Shown: positions 19,954-29,151 of the stretch, one piece after another
Position numbering within the stretch: position 1 is the stretch's first letter
How the letters are laid out: each line of letters opens with the position of its first letter
From: Spirochaetia bacterium
GTDB lineage: Bacteria > Spirochaetota > Spirochaetia > DSM-2461
Direction of reading: 5' to 3'
Assembly: GCA_963668315.1 (NCBI GenBank)
Contig: OY764216.1
Span: 2,144,001 to 2,208,000 of the forward strand
Length of the DNA: 64,000 nucleotides
The notes under the pieces: generated by a model
What the model was told of the DNA's origin: nothing
Database searches by the model: none
The model's input: only the letters and a program-made list of their open reading frames with translations
Made by a program: the position numbers and the translations under genes

Positions 19954-21590
19954 TCGGCTATCTCTTCCAGAACTCTGAGGATCTCGGGGAGAAGCTGTTT
20001 CTTTCTTGAGAGAATTCCGGGGAGGTTATAGAGATTCTCCCCCTGCTTTTCGTAAAGGAGATTCTCCTCGCCCCCGGGAAAATCACTCGAGAGAAGGAGA
20101 CTGTTGCCGTTGGTCACGTTGGTGATGAGGAGCATGAGCCAGTCAAGTTTCTTCTCCGCCGCTCCTTCATTCAGGGCGGGGAGCAGTTCGGATTTTACCG
20201 TATCCACTTCGCTGAGATTCAGGACTTCGAGCTGGCCTATTCCTATATGGAACCCCTTTTCGGTATACTCCTTGTAATCGGCGAATATGAGTTCCTTCGG
20301 CTTCTGGTTCTTCAGGGTGAGGCCCTGGGCGAACATCTGCTCCCCGTACACCCGGTAGTCCACGCCGGCGATTTCGCTCAGCTTCTCCACGGCGGCCCTG
20401 TCCCAGTCGGTGGTCGTGGGTGATTTGAGTATTACCGTATCGGAGAGGATGCCCGATAGAAGGAGGGTGGCCGTGATCCTGTCCGGTTCGATGTCATGGG
20501 AATTGAAAAGGTCGCTGACCATTGTGCAGGTGCTTCCCACGGGACGGGCGTTCACGTAGATGGGCTCCCGCGTTTTGATGGTCCCCAGACGGTGGTGGTC
20601 GTGAATCTCCAGAATCCGGGCCTGGTCGGCTCCGTTCACCGACTGGGTGATCTCGTTATGGTCCACCAGGATCAGACTGCGCCGGGGTCTTTCTATGAAG
20701 CAGCGCCTGGTCACGACACCTTCGAAGGTATCCCCTTCGAAGACGGGAAGACCTCTCAGGCTGGACTTGAGAAGTTCATCCCGGGCCTGGTCGAAATCGG
20801 TGGTGCTGTCAAGACGGGGCGGGTCGCGGTTGATGATGTTCTTCAGGGGGGCTGAGAGACGGAGGAGGCGTATCGTCTCGGCCGTATCGGTCTGGGAAAT
20901 ATAGATTGTCCCTTCGTACGCCGTCAGATCGACCGGTATGGTCGCGTCTTCGGACATTCCTGTGATGATGATGGCGGGAAACTGATTCTCCACGGCATGG
21001 TGGAGCAGTTCTTCCCGGAGACCCATAACCAGCAGGGGTTTCTCCGTGCCCAGCTCCCTGATCCGTTCCATGCTGACTTCCAGGGGCATGACGCCGGTCA
21101 TCAGGGGAGCGGTGAATTCCCTCTCCTTTCCCCGACGGTAGAAGTAGCCGGGAAGGACGCGGGGAAAATTGTCCATGAGAAAATTGTATACCGGTCTGCC
21201 TTCCCGGTTTCCCGAAAGGAGAAACTGGGTTATTTCGTGAATGGTCAGAATGCCGGCGAAGTCGTTCCCGTTTTTAAACACGGGAATGAGGCTTATGGTC
21301 TTTTCGTCCAGTTCCCTGATAGCCATGAGGATGGGATCGTTCTCTTCCAGGGAAAGGACGTTTCTCTTGGCAACGTCATGAACCTGGGGGCCGATGTCCT
21401 TCATCAGCTGAGGCGGTTCGGCTCCCAGATTATCAAAAACAGCTTTCGTCTGTTTGTTGACGCTTCCGCAGCGGATGGGAATATAACTGCGGGAAGGGTC
21501 AAGCCGGTTTTTCAGGACTCCATAGCACCAGGCGGCGCAGATGGAGTCCATGTCGGGATTCTTATGTCCCGTTATATAGATCTTCTCCAT
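19950..21590 (-). CDS. ppaC: Manganese-dependent inorganic pyrophosphatase with CBS-DRTGG-CBS regulatory insert
   Basis: GHKNPDMDS, LVDHNE, DHHR, ILSDT and SRKKQ family II PPase motifs separated by a long insert. Confidence 0.92.
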   Translation of the reverse strand: MEKIYITGHKNPDMDSICAAWCYGVLKNRLDPSRSYIPIRCGSVNKQTKAVFDNLGAEPPQLMKDIGPQVHDVAKRNVLSLEENDPILMAIRELDEKTISLIPVFKNGNDFAGILTIHEITQFLLSGNREGRPVYNFLMDNFPRVLPGYFYRRGKEREFTAPLMTGVMPLEVSMERIRELGTEKPLLVMGLREELLHHAVENQFPAIIITGMSEDATIPVDLTAYEGTIYISQTDTAETIRLLRLSAPLKNIINRDPPRLDSTTDFDQARDELLKSSLRGLPVFEGDTFEGVVTRRCFIERPRRSLILVDHNEITQSVNGADQARILEIHDHHRLGTIKTREPIYVNARPVGSTCTMVSDLFNSHDIEPDRITATLLLSGILSDTVILKSPTTTDWDRAAVEKLSEIAGVDYRVYGEQMFAQGLTLKNQKPKELIFADYKEYTEKGFHIGIGQLEVLNLSEVDTVKSELLPALNEGAAEKKLDWLMLLITNVTNGNSLLLSSDFPGGEENLLYEKQGENLYNLPGILSRKKQLLPEILRVLEEIAE

Positions 21591-21597
21591 CGGAAAA

Positions 21598-22224
21598 TCA
21601 GCTTAATACCTTCTTGACGCCGGCAAAAACGTCATCCGGGGCCTGCCCGGCGTCTACGTCCTTGATCAGTCCCTTTTCGGTATAATAGCTGATAAGGGGC
21701 TCGGTGGAATCGGCATAGACCTTGAGTCTGTTCTTGATGGATTCGATTTTGTCGTCATCCCGGGTATAGAGCTCGCCGCCGCACTTGTCGCACTTTCCCT
21801 CAACCTTCGGGGGAATGAACTCCACGTGATAACCGGCCCCGCACTCCTTGCACAGGCGGCGTCCGGAGAGACGTCTGACCACTTCCTCTTCGGCGACAGT
21901 AAAGTTGATGACCACATCCACCTGGCTGAAACCGGCCAGAGCATCGGCCTGTCCCGTGGTGCGGGGAAATCCGTCGAGGATATAGCCGTTAGCCGTATCG
22001 CCCTGTGCCAGTCTCTCTTCGACAAGAGCCACGGTCAGTTCGTCGGGAACAAGATCGCCCCGGTCGATAATGGCCTTTACCTTAACGCCCAGTTCGGTCT
22101 GATTCTTGATGGCCGCCCGGAAAAGGTCTCCCGTGGAAATATGGGGAATCCCCAGATCCTCTTTGATTCTAACAGCCATCGTTCCTTTTCCGGCTCCCGG
22201 AGGGCCCAAAAGTATCATTTTCAT
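21598..22224 (-). CDS. adk: Adenylate kinase (zinc-lid type)
   Basis: GPPGAGKGT, HISTGD, LDGFPRT, lid CKEC...CDKC, RDDD. Confidence 0.97.
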   Translation of the reverse strand: MKMILLGPPGAGKGTMAVRIKEDLGIPHISTGDLFRAAIKNQTELGVKVKAIIDRGDLVPDELTVALVEERLAQGDTANGYILDGFPRTTGQADALAGFSQVDVVINFTVAEEEVVRRLSGRRLCKECGAGYHVEFIPPKVEGKCDKCGGELYTRDDDKIESIKNRLKVYADSTEPLISYYTEKGLIKDVDAGQAPDDVFAGVKKVLS

Positions 22225-22448
22225 AATGTCACCTCTATCGTTTTATCTCCCCGCTCCACCTTGCAACACTCCTCGGAACACCAGTCGCCCCATTCCCACT
22301 TCGGACCTTTCTTAAAGTACTTCCGGCAGACGGGACAGCGGGTGAATTCGGCCATGCACTCTTCGGAGCAGAAATGCTCTCCCAAAGCGTCCCGGCCGGG
22401 AAAATGTCTTCCGCAGGTATAGCATCGGATATATTTCACGTCATTCAC
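22221..22448 (-). CDS. Small protein with two tandem CxxC...CSEEC zinc-binding repeats (TRASH/treble-clef-like)
   Basis: RCYTCGRHF...FCSEEC and RCPVCRKYF...WCSEEC; ATGA overlap with adk; promoter directly upstream. Confidence 0.8.
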   Translation of the reverse strand: MNDVKYIRCYTCGRHFPGRDALGEHFCSEECMAEFTRCPVCRKYFKKGPKWEWGDWCSEECCKVERGDKTIEVTL

Positions 22449-22454
22449 CCGTTC

Positions 22455-22483
22455 ATATTAAGGAAAAAGGGGATTCCGGTCAA
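22455..22483 (-). promoter_or_regulatory. sigma70 promoter for the Zn-protein-adk-ppaC-pdxK-HD-GYP operon
   Basis: TTGACC-N17-TAATAT on the minus strand; GTG start 6 nt downstream. Confidence 0.65.
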
Positions 22484-22493
22484 TCAGAACGTG

Positions 22494-24515
22494 CTAATCT
22501 CTCAGTTTTGAGACCAGGCCGGAAATCAGAATGAGAAACCCCGCTCCGATGAAGGAGAGGGACAGGATGATCCGCCGGAGAAAAAGGGGATAACGGCTGA
22601 AAGGAGCGGTTATCAGTCCCCTGTAGCTTTTTCCCTGCCGGGAGGAGTACTGGGAGTAGTCGATCTCCGATTCCAGATAGTATTTTCCGTTCAGGGTTTC
22701 GATTCCCCCTCTGCCCCGGATTATCGTTTCCCTCACATTCTCCTCCAGAGGCAGCTGAATCTGGATTTCCCTGTACGGCCCCTGCGGCTCATCCGCGTCC
22801 AGGGGACCGTGGAAGTAGAAACCTACGAGGACCGGGTAGGGGGGGATCCCGCCGGTATCATCGAGCTCCCTGCCTCCGTATAGGCAGATATTTTCGGCTT
22901 CCCGGATCAGCTCGGTTTTATACCTCACGATCAGCCAGGAGATGAAGGTGTTCAGGTATTTTCCCCCATGGATGGAATCGCGGGTGAAACTGTCCGGTTC
23001 CACCGCTCCGATGGGAGTGTCCTTCCGGGAAAGAAACGTGATGAGAGCCTCTGGATCGGTGCAGACCATGGGGGGGAGATCCATTCGGTATAGTTTTCTG
23101 TTGTCCGTAGTCCTCAGTATACCCTCTTCCAGTATTCCTATGCTCTCCCCGGGGGCTATTGTCTTTTTGGCATCCTCATCTATCAGGAAAAGGGGGGACC
23201 CGTCCCGGAAGCAGACCGTCCTGCTGAGTATTCCGGTCAGTTCCTGCCAGGACTCAAAAAGCGCCCTGAGTCTCTCCTCATCCCTTTCGGAAAACAGATC
23301 ATAAAGTTGCCCTGAATCGGCCAGGGGCAGGTAATCCGAAGAATAGGGTGTCAGGCGATGGACGGTAAGGTCGTGAAACTCCACTGTCTCGCCCCCTCGC
23401 AGGGGAAGAGTCTCTCCGGCATTTTCTATGAGAAGGGGGCCTTCCTGAATGTTGCGCGGGAGGGCGGTGAGGACGTCCCCGTTCTTGTCCCCCATGACGG
23501 AGAAGAAGTGAATGATGCCCAGGAGAAGAAGAAGGGAGCCGCAGAGGAGCCAGGGGAGGGGCCGCTTAATCAGTTTTGCGCCCAGTCTTTCATCCAGAGA
23601 CCAGGGACCTAAACTGACAAGACGTCCGGCTCTTTTTCCTCCCTTGAGATAAAGTTCCATCCGTCCCGAATAGCCGGAACCGGAGAACAGGGGGAGAGTC
23701 CTGCGGGGAATCCGGAAAAGATCTTCCGTCCCCTTAAGGCGGCAGAAGGGTGAAAGTTTTCCCCTCTTTTCTATCCGTTCCAGTGTTCCGGTGACGGTGC
23801 ATATCTCTTTTCTCCCTTTCGGGTACCGGGGAGGAAGAACCAGGGGCAGAAGGGATAGAGCCCCCAGGAACAGTCCCGCTGCCAGAAAGAGAACAGAGCC
23901 GCGGAGTCCCTCCTCGGAGGCGGTATAGACGGCTATGGTCAGGGAGAGAAGCGCGGGGAGGGCGAGCAGCAATATTTCCTGGAAAAGAGGGCGAAGAAGG
24001 GCGCGGCTTTCCCGTTTTGCCCCATCCCGGAAAGAGCAGGAGGCGTAGGGCGGCAGGATATTGTCCCTCCTCTCCCTGCCGAAGCGGTCGGAGATGGTGT
24101 AGCTGTTGATCTTCAGGGGATAGGCTTTCATTCTTCTGTCCCCGGGGAGAATGGCATATTCGCAGAGGGCATAGCGGTCCTCCTTATGGAATAATTTCTC
24201 CATTTCCCCCTTGCGGAACTGAATCTGTATGCCCCCGATCCAGAACTCATTGTAGGTGCCGTACCTGTTCTTCATGGTAATCCACTCAAAAACCCCCTCT
24301 GTCCTGTAGACCTCGGCATCCGCCGGAAGGGGAATTCCGAAATAACGCCTTGCTCCGGCTGTTTCTTCCGGGGTGATGACTCTCTGGGGAATCAATTGGG
24401 AGCGGATGATTTTCTCCCGTTTTTTAAGAAAGCGTCTGGTCCGGTAGTAACGGAAGCAGATCACCGTAGTATAAAGAAGCATGAATCCATAGAGAATCAG
24501 TGTGATAATCAGCAT
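22494..24515 (-). CDS. Five-TM inner-membrane protein, IgaA/UmoB-like (paralogue 2)
   Basis: TM1-cyto-TM2-TM3-cyto-TM4-large loop-TM5 layout; motif similarity to IgaA recalled from memory; clear paralogue of the neighbouring gene. The CDS itself is well supported; the family call is tentative. Confidence 0.6.
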   Translation of the reverse strand: MLIITLILYGFMLLYTTVICFRYYRTRRFLKKREKIIRSQLIPQRVITPEETAGARRYFGIPLPADAEVYRTEGVFEWITMKNRYGTYNEFWIGGIQIQFRKGEMEKLFHKEDRYALCEYAILPGDRRMKAYPLKINSYTISDRFGRERRDNILPPYASCSFRDGAKRESRALLRPLFQEILLLALPALLSLTIAVYTASEEGLRGSVLFLAAGLFLGALSLLPLVLPPRYPKGRKEICTVTGTLERIEKRGKLSPFCRLKGTEDLFRIPRRTLPLFSGSGYSGRMELYLKGGKRAGRLVSLGPWSLDERLGAKLIKRPLPWLLCGSLLLLLGIIHFFSVMGDKNGDVLTALPRNIQEGPLLIENAGETLPLRGGETVEFHDLTVHRLTPYSSDYLPLADSGQLYDLFSERDEERLRALFESWQELTGILSRTVCFRDGSPLFLIDEDAKKTIAPGESIGILEEGILRTTDNRKLYRMDLPPMVCTDPEALITFLSRKDTPIGAVEPDSFTRDSIHGGKYLNTFISWLIVRYKTELIREAENICLYGGRELDDTGGIPPYPVLVGFYFHGPLDADEPQGPYREIQIQLPLEENVRETIIRGRGGIETLNGKYYLESEIDYSQYSSRQGKSYRGLITAPFSRYPLFLRRIILSLSFIGAGFLILISGLVSKLRD

Positions 24516-24522
24516 CTCTGCC

Positions 24523-26547
24523 TCAGTCCCTCAGCCGGGAGACAAGGCCGGACGCCAGTATCAGAAGCCCGGCGCACAGAAATCCCGCGGACAGGATAAT
24601 CCGCCTTAAAAAGAGGAGATAATAGGCATAGGGGGACATCCCTATCCTTCTGTAGCTGTCCTCTTCATACCAGTAGGGCTGGGAGTAATCGTAGGGGGAA
24701 TCCAGATAATAGACGCCGTTCAAGGTGAAAAGACCCCTTTCTCCGTAAAGCAGATTCTGCCTTATGATCTCTTCCATGGGGGTGGTAAGGAGATCTTTTC
24801 CCTGAAAATTCTGTTTTTCCCTCTCCGGAACGGTGTTAAGGTAAACGGACAGGTCGGAATAGCAGAAAAGAGGATAGGGGGAGGTTATCTCTGAAGAGTC
24901 GGTGCTGTCTTCCCGGAAATCCTTCCATAGAGAACCCGCCCTGTCCGCCAGTTCGGACTTGTAGCGCAGGACGATATTTATTATGTAGGGATTCAGCCCT
25001 TCCCCGCTGCGCACGGCTCTCTGAAGATAATGATCGTAGGGTATTCTTTCTATCAGGCCGCCCGGACTGGGGGTGTTGAGAAAATTCATGAAGCTTTCAT
25101 GGCGAATGCAAATCATGGGGGGAAGATCCACTGTGAACCTCTCATCATCATCGGTTGATTCAATGAGATCATCCTTATAGGGGCCTATGTCTGCGGGAGA
25201 GACCAGGGGCTGATTTCCGTTGAAAAGGAGGGCCCCGTTCCTGTACCTGACCGTTCTGTTAAGGTTGTCGACCATGTACTGCCAGATTTCAAGAAGTTCA
25301 TCAATTCTCTGCTTCTGTCCCTTCGTCAGGGTGTCGTAGAGAGAGTCGGGATCTTTCACGGGAAGATAATCATTGGAATAGGGGCTGTCGGGAATAAGGA
25401 GCATATTACGGAATTCCACCGTCTCGCCCCCCTTCAGGTTAAGGGTGTCCTCCGCCTTCTCAATAACAAGGGGGCCTTCGGAGATATTGCGGGGGAGGGA
25501 GGTCAGGACATTACGGTTTTTCCCCCCCGATGAGACCAGAAAGTGGACGCTTCCCGAAAGAAGCAGAAGAGTGCCGAGAATCAGCCAGGGGAGGGGGCGC
25601 TTAATCAGTTTTTTCCCGAGGTTCTCATCAAGAGACCAGGTCCCCAGACTGACCAGGCGGCCGGTTCTCTTTCCCCTGCCTCCCTTGAGGTAGAGTTCTC
25701 CCCGACCTGAAAAGCCGGTCGGAGGGAGCTGATCCAAAGCTCTGCGGGGCAGACGGAACCAGTCCTCTGTTCCCTTTAGTCTGCAGAAGCGTGTGAGGCG
25801 GCCCTTTTTTTCAATTCTCTCCCAGGTTCCGTAAACAGAACAAATCTCCCTTTTCTCCTCCCGCCGCCGGGGAGGAAGGAACAGGGGCAGAAGGGAGATC
25901 ATTCCCATGATGATGCCCGCGGCCAGGAAGACCGGAGCTTCCGTATACTCCTTATAAATTCCGTAGAGAGCCCCGGTCAGACTCAGAAGGGAGAAGGGGC
26001 AGAGGTAAATCCCGTTCCGCAGCAGGGTGGGCAGAAGTGCCCGGACTTCCCGCGGTGACCCGTCCCGGAAAGTGCATCCCCTGTAGGGGGGCGCCGGAGG
26101 GAAGCCCTTTTCCCGGCCGAAACGGTCGGATATCACTTTGTCGTTTATTCTCAGGGGATAGGCCCTGTGTCTTCTGTCTCCCGGGAGCAGGGCGAACTCG
26201 CAGAGGGCGTCGTCCGCACTGAAGAGATCCTCCATCTCAGCCTTTCTGTACTGTATCTGTATGCCCCCGATCCAGAATTCCTTATATGTGCCGTTCCGGT
26301 TTGTAACGGAAATCCACTCAACAGGACCTTCCAGCCGATATACGCCGCCATCGGGGGGGAGGGGTATCCCGAACATGCGTCTGACACCGGCCGTCTCTTC
26401 CGGGCTAATTTTCCTCAGGGGTGACAGATGCTCCCGGAGGAGGCTTTCCCTTTTCCTGAAGCGGGACTTTGCGCGGTAATAGCTGACACTGAGGCTTATG
26501 GTAAAGATGAGCGTGAATATGTAAAGGATGATTGTAAATATGTACAC
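24523..26547 (-). CDS. Five-TM inner-membrane protein, IgaA/UmoB-like (paralogue 1)
   Basis: Same topology; RKISPEETAGV, YPLRIND, LFLPP...REICSVYGT, ELYL...SLDE and LKGGETVEF blocks. Family call is tentative. Confidence 0.6.
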   Translation of the reverse strand: MYIFTIILYIFTLIFTISLSVSYYRAKSRFRKRESLLREHLSPLRKISPEETAGVRRMFGIPLPPDGGVYRLEGPVEWISVTNRNGTYKEFWIGGIQIQYRKAEMEDLFSADDALCEFALLPGDRRHRAYPLRINDKVISDRFGREKGFPPAPPYRGCTFRDGSPREVRALLPTLLRNGIYLCPFSLLSLTGALYGIYKEYTEAPVFLAAGIIMGMISLLPLFLPPRRREEKREICSVYGTWERIEKKGRLTRFCRLKGTEDWFRLPRRALDQLPPTGFSGRGELYLKGGRGKRTGRLVSLGTWSLDENLGKKLIKRPLPWLILGTLLLLSGSVHFLVSSGGKNRNVLTSLPRNISEGPLVIEKAEDTLNLKGGETVEFRNMLLIPDSPYSNDYLPVKDPDSLYDTLTKGQKQRIDELLEIWQYMVDNLNRTVRYRNGALLFNGNQPLVSPADIGPYKDDLIESTDDDERFTVDLPPMICIRHESFMNFLNTPSPGGLIERIPYDHYLQRAVRSGEGLNPYIINIVLRYKSELADRAGSLWKDFREDSTDSSEITSPYPLFCYSDLSVYLNTVPEREKQNFQGKDLLTTPMEEIIRQNLLYGERGLFTLNGVYYLDSPYDYSQPYWYEEDSYRRIGMSPYAYYLLFLRRIILSAGFLCAGLLILASGLVSRLRD

Positions 26548-26652
26548 TTTGGAAATATACCTCGGTTTATCGGGAAATCCCGTTGAATTTTACCTCCCGA
26601 ATGAATAATGGGGCGGTCTGCAGTATAATGAAAATAACTGAGGTTGAAAATC

Positions 26653-27477
26653 ATGATTGAGAAAATCAAGGGCATGGATATTTATTACGAAGTATGCGGG
26701 GAAGGGAGGCCCATTCTTTTTCTGCACGGGTTTCCCGTAGACCATGTGTGTATGAAAGGGTGCATGGAACCGCTTTTCTCCCGGAGGGAAGGGTATAAGA
26801 GGATCTATCTAGATCTTCCCGGAATGGGAAAATCCGGTTCTTCCGGCGAGATAAGGAACGCCGATGATATGATTGACGTTGTTCACCGCCTGCTGAATTT
26901 TCTGGTTCCCGGACAGTCCTGCCTTGTGGGCGGTTACTCCTATGGGGGATATCTGGCCAGAGGACTGGTGTATAAATATTCAAGCGAGATCGATGGGATG
27001 CTCTTGATCTGTCCCGTGGCTGTTCCCGATAAAAGACTCAGAACCCTGCCTGAACCCGTTGTACTGGAGAGGGATGCCTCCTTCACCGGAACCCTGAGCC
27101 CCTCCGAAGCCCGGGAGTTTGACGGCATGGCCGTTATTCAGAATGAGAGAATCTACCGCCGCTGCGGGGAGGAAATTACCCTGGCCCTGCAAAGGGCCGA
27201 CAGGGAATTTGTCAGCCGGTACCTGCGGGAGGGCTACTCCTTCACCTTTCCCGTGGATGGGGCCGGCACGCAGGAGGGCCGATCCTATGACAAGCCTGTT
27301 CTTTTCCTCATGGGACGTCAGGACTCGGTTGTCGGATATAAGGATACCTGGCCTCTGCTGGATAACTATCCCCGGGCTTCCTTTGTCCTCCTGGACCGGG
27401 CGGGACATAATCTGCAGATCGAACAGGAGGAAATGCTGGCAATTCATGTAAATGACTGGCTAAATCGTATTAAATGA
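26653..27477 (+). CDS. Alpha/beta fold hydrolase
   Basis: LFLHGF, DLPGMGKS, nucleophile elbow GYSYGG, GRQD, AGHN. Confidence 0.9.
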   Translation: MIEKIKGMDIYYEVCGEGRPILFLHGFPVDHVCMKGCMEPLFSRREGYKRIYLDLPGMGKSGSSGEIRNADDMIDVVHRLLNFLVPGQSCLVGGYSYGGYLARGLVYKYSSEIDGMLLICPVAVPDKRLRTLPEPVVLERDASFTGTLSPSEAREFDGMAVIQNERIYRRCGEEITLALQRADREFVSRYLREGYSFTFPVDGAGTQEGRSYDKPVLFLMGRQDSVVGYKDTWPLLDNYPRASFVLLDRAGHNLQIEQEEMLAIHVNDWLNRIK

Positions 27478-27575
27478 TATTATAATATACGTAAGGCGAA
27501 GATTAAAACGGAACGATAAACCGAAAACGGATTATCAACAGAGATTATTTCTGACAATAACAGGATGAAAAGAGT

Positions 27576-28688
27576 ATGACTGTAGGAACCGTAAAGGAAA
27601 TCAAGAAGCACGAGTATCGGATCGGACTGACTCCCCAGTGTGTTAAAAGCTATGTACAGCACGGGCACAGGGTCGTTGTGGAAAAAGGCGCCGGCGAGGG
27701 CGCCGGGTTCTCCGACGGGGAATATGCCGCCGCCGGGGCGGATATGTATGGCGATGCCGGGGCGGTTTTCGCCGATGCCGATATGATCGTCAAGGTAAAG
27801 GAACCGCAGAAAGAGGAGTATGAGATGCTCCGGGAGGATCAGATTCTCTACACCTATCTGCATCTAGCGGCCGATAAGCCCCAGACCGACGGTCTTCTGA
27901 AAAGCGGCGCCAAATGCATCGCCTACGAAACCATGGAGAAGGATGACGGCACTCTTCCCTGTCTGAAGCCGATGAGCGAGATCGCCGGAAGACTGAGCAT
28001 TCAGGAAGGGGCGAAATATCTGGAAAAGCCCTTCGGCGGGCGAGGGGTGCTTCTCGGCGGCGTGCCCGGTGTCGCCCGGGGGAAAGTCGCCATTCTCGGG
28101 GGCGGCGTTGTTGGCGCCAATGCGGCCCAGATCGCCATGGGAATGGGGGCGGAAGTGACCATTCTGGATATTAACGCCGCCCGTCTCGAGTATCTGGACC
28201 ACCTTTATATGGGCCGTCTGAGTACGCTCTATTCCACGCCGGCCAATATTGAAAGGGCGGTCCGGGAGAGCGATCTGATTATCGGAGCGGTGCTTATTCC
28301 CGGCGCCCGGGCCCCCCGCCTGCTGACGCGGGAGCATCTTAAGCTGATGAAGAAAGGCTCCGTCATCGTGGATGTGGCCATTGACCAGGGAGGCTGCCTG
28401 GAAACATCCCGGCCCACCACCCATGACGACCCCGTTTTTACTGTGGACGGTGTGGTTCATTACTGCGTGGCCAACATGCCCGGGGCCGTATCCCGTACGT
28501 CCACCCTGGCCCTGACCAGTACGACTCTGGTTCCGGGACTCCTCCTTGCCGACAAGGGGGTGGAACAGGCCTGCAGGGAAAGCATACTTATACGAAAGGG
28601 GTTGAATATATATAAAGGACATTGTACATTTCCTGATGTGGCCCGGGTATTCGGGCTTCCCTATAAACCCGTTGAAGAGGTAATTTAA
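27576..28688 (+). CDS. ald: Alanine dehydrogenase
   Basis: KEIK..EYR, KVKEP, TYLHLA, PMSEIAG, GGGVVG, DVAIDQGG, HYCVANMPG. Confidence 0.96.
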   Translation: MTVGTVKEIKKHEYRIGLTPQCVKSYVQHGHRVVVEKGAGEGAGFSDGEYAAAGADMYGDAGAVFADADMIVKVKEPQKEEYEMLREDQILYTYLHLAADKPQTDGLLKSGAKCIAYETMEKDDGTLPCLKPMSEIAGRLSIQEGAKYLEKPFGGRGVLLGGVPGVARGKVAILGGGVVGANAAQIAMGMGAEVTILDINAARLEYLDHLYMGRLSTLYSTPANIERAVRESDLIIGAVLIPGARAPRLLTREHLKLMKKGSVIVDVAIDQGGCLETSRPTTHDDPVFTVDGVVHYCVANMPGAVSRTSTLALTSTTLVPGLLLADKGVEQACRESILIRKGLNIYKGHCTFPDVARVFGLPYKPVEEVI

Positions 28689-29126
28689 GTGTACACGCCG
28701 GACGATCTGGATTGGAAAATCATTGACATCCTCCGTAAAGAGGATCAATCCAATAATGCTGTGGCAAGACAGCTGGGTATATCCGAAGGAACCGTCCGGC
28801 AGCGGCTCAAACGTCTCAAAGAGGCGGACATCCTGACGGTAAGGGCTCAGATCAATCCGGAAGTACTGGCCGGTCAGCAGCTGGCCCTGGTGGGAATCTC
28901 CATTCAGGAGAGCTGCTACCTGAAGGAGAGGGTAAAGGAGATCTCCGCTTTGCCCGATGTCCTCTCCGCCTCCATCATCAGCGGTCGCTACGATATTATT
29001 GCCGAAGTCCTTACCGATTCCAATCACGGTCTTGTAGAATTCCTCACGAATCAGCTATCCGGAATCAAGGGGATAGGTTCCACAGAAACCTTTGTTATTC
29101 TGAAGAGTTACAACAAATACGTATAG
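28689..29126 (+). CDS. Lrp/AsnC-family transcriptional regulator (AldR-like by context)
   Basis: DDLDWKII..L, A..LGISEGTVRQRLKRL HTH, ISGRYD; GTG start immediately after the ald stop. Confidence 0.92.
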   Translation: MYTPDDLDWKIIDILRKEDQSNNAVARQLGISEGTVRQRLKRLKEADILTVRAQINPEVLAGQQLALVGISIQESCYLKERVKEISALPDVLSASIISGRYDIIAEVLTDSNHGLVEFLTNQLSGIKGIGSTETFVILKSYNKYV

Positions 29127-29151
29127 AGACGGACGGAACGTTCACTTTCTG

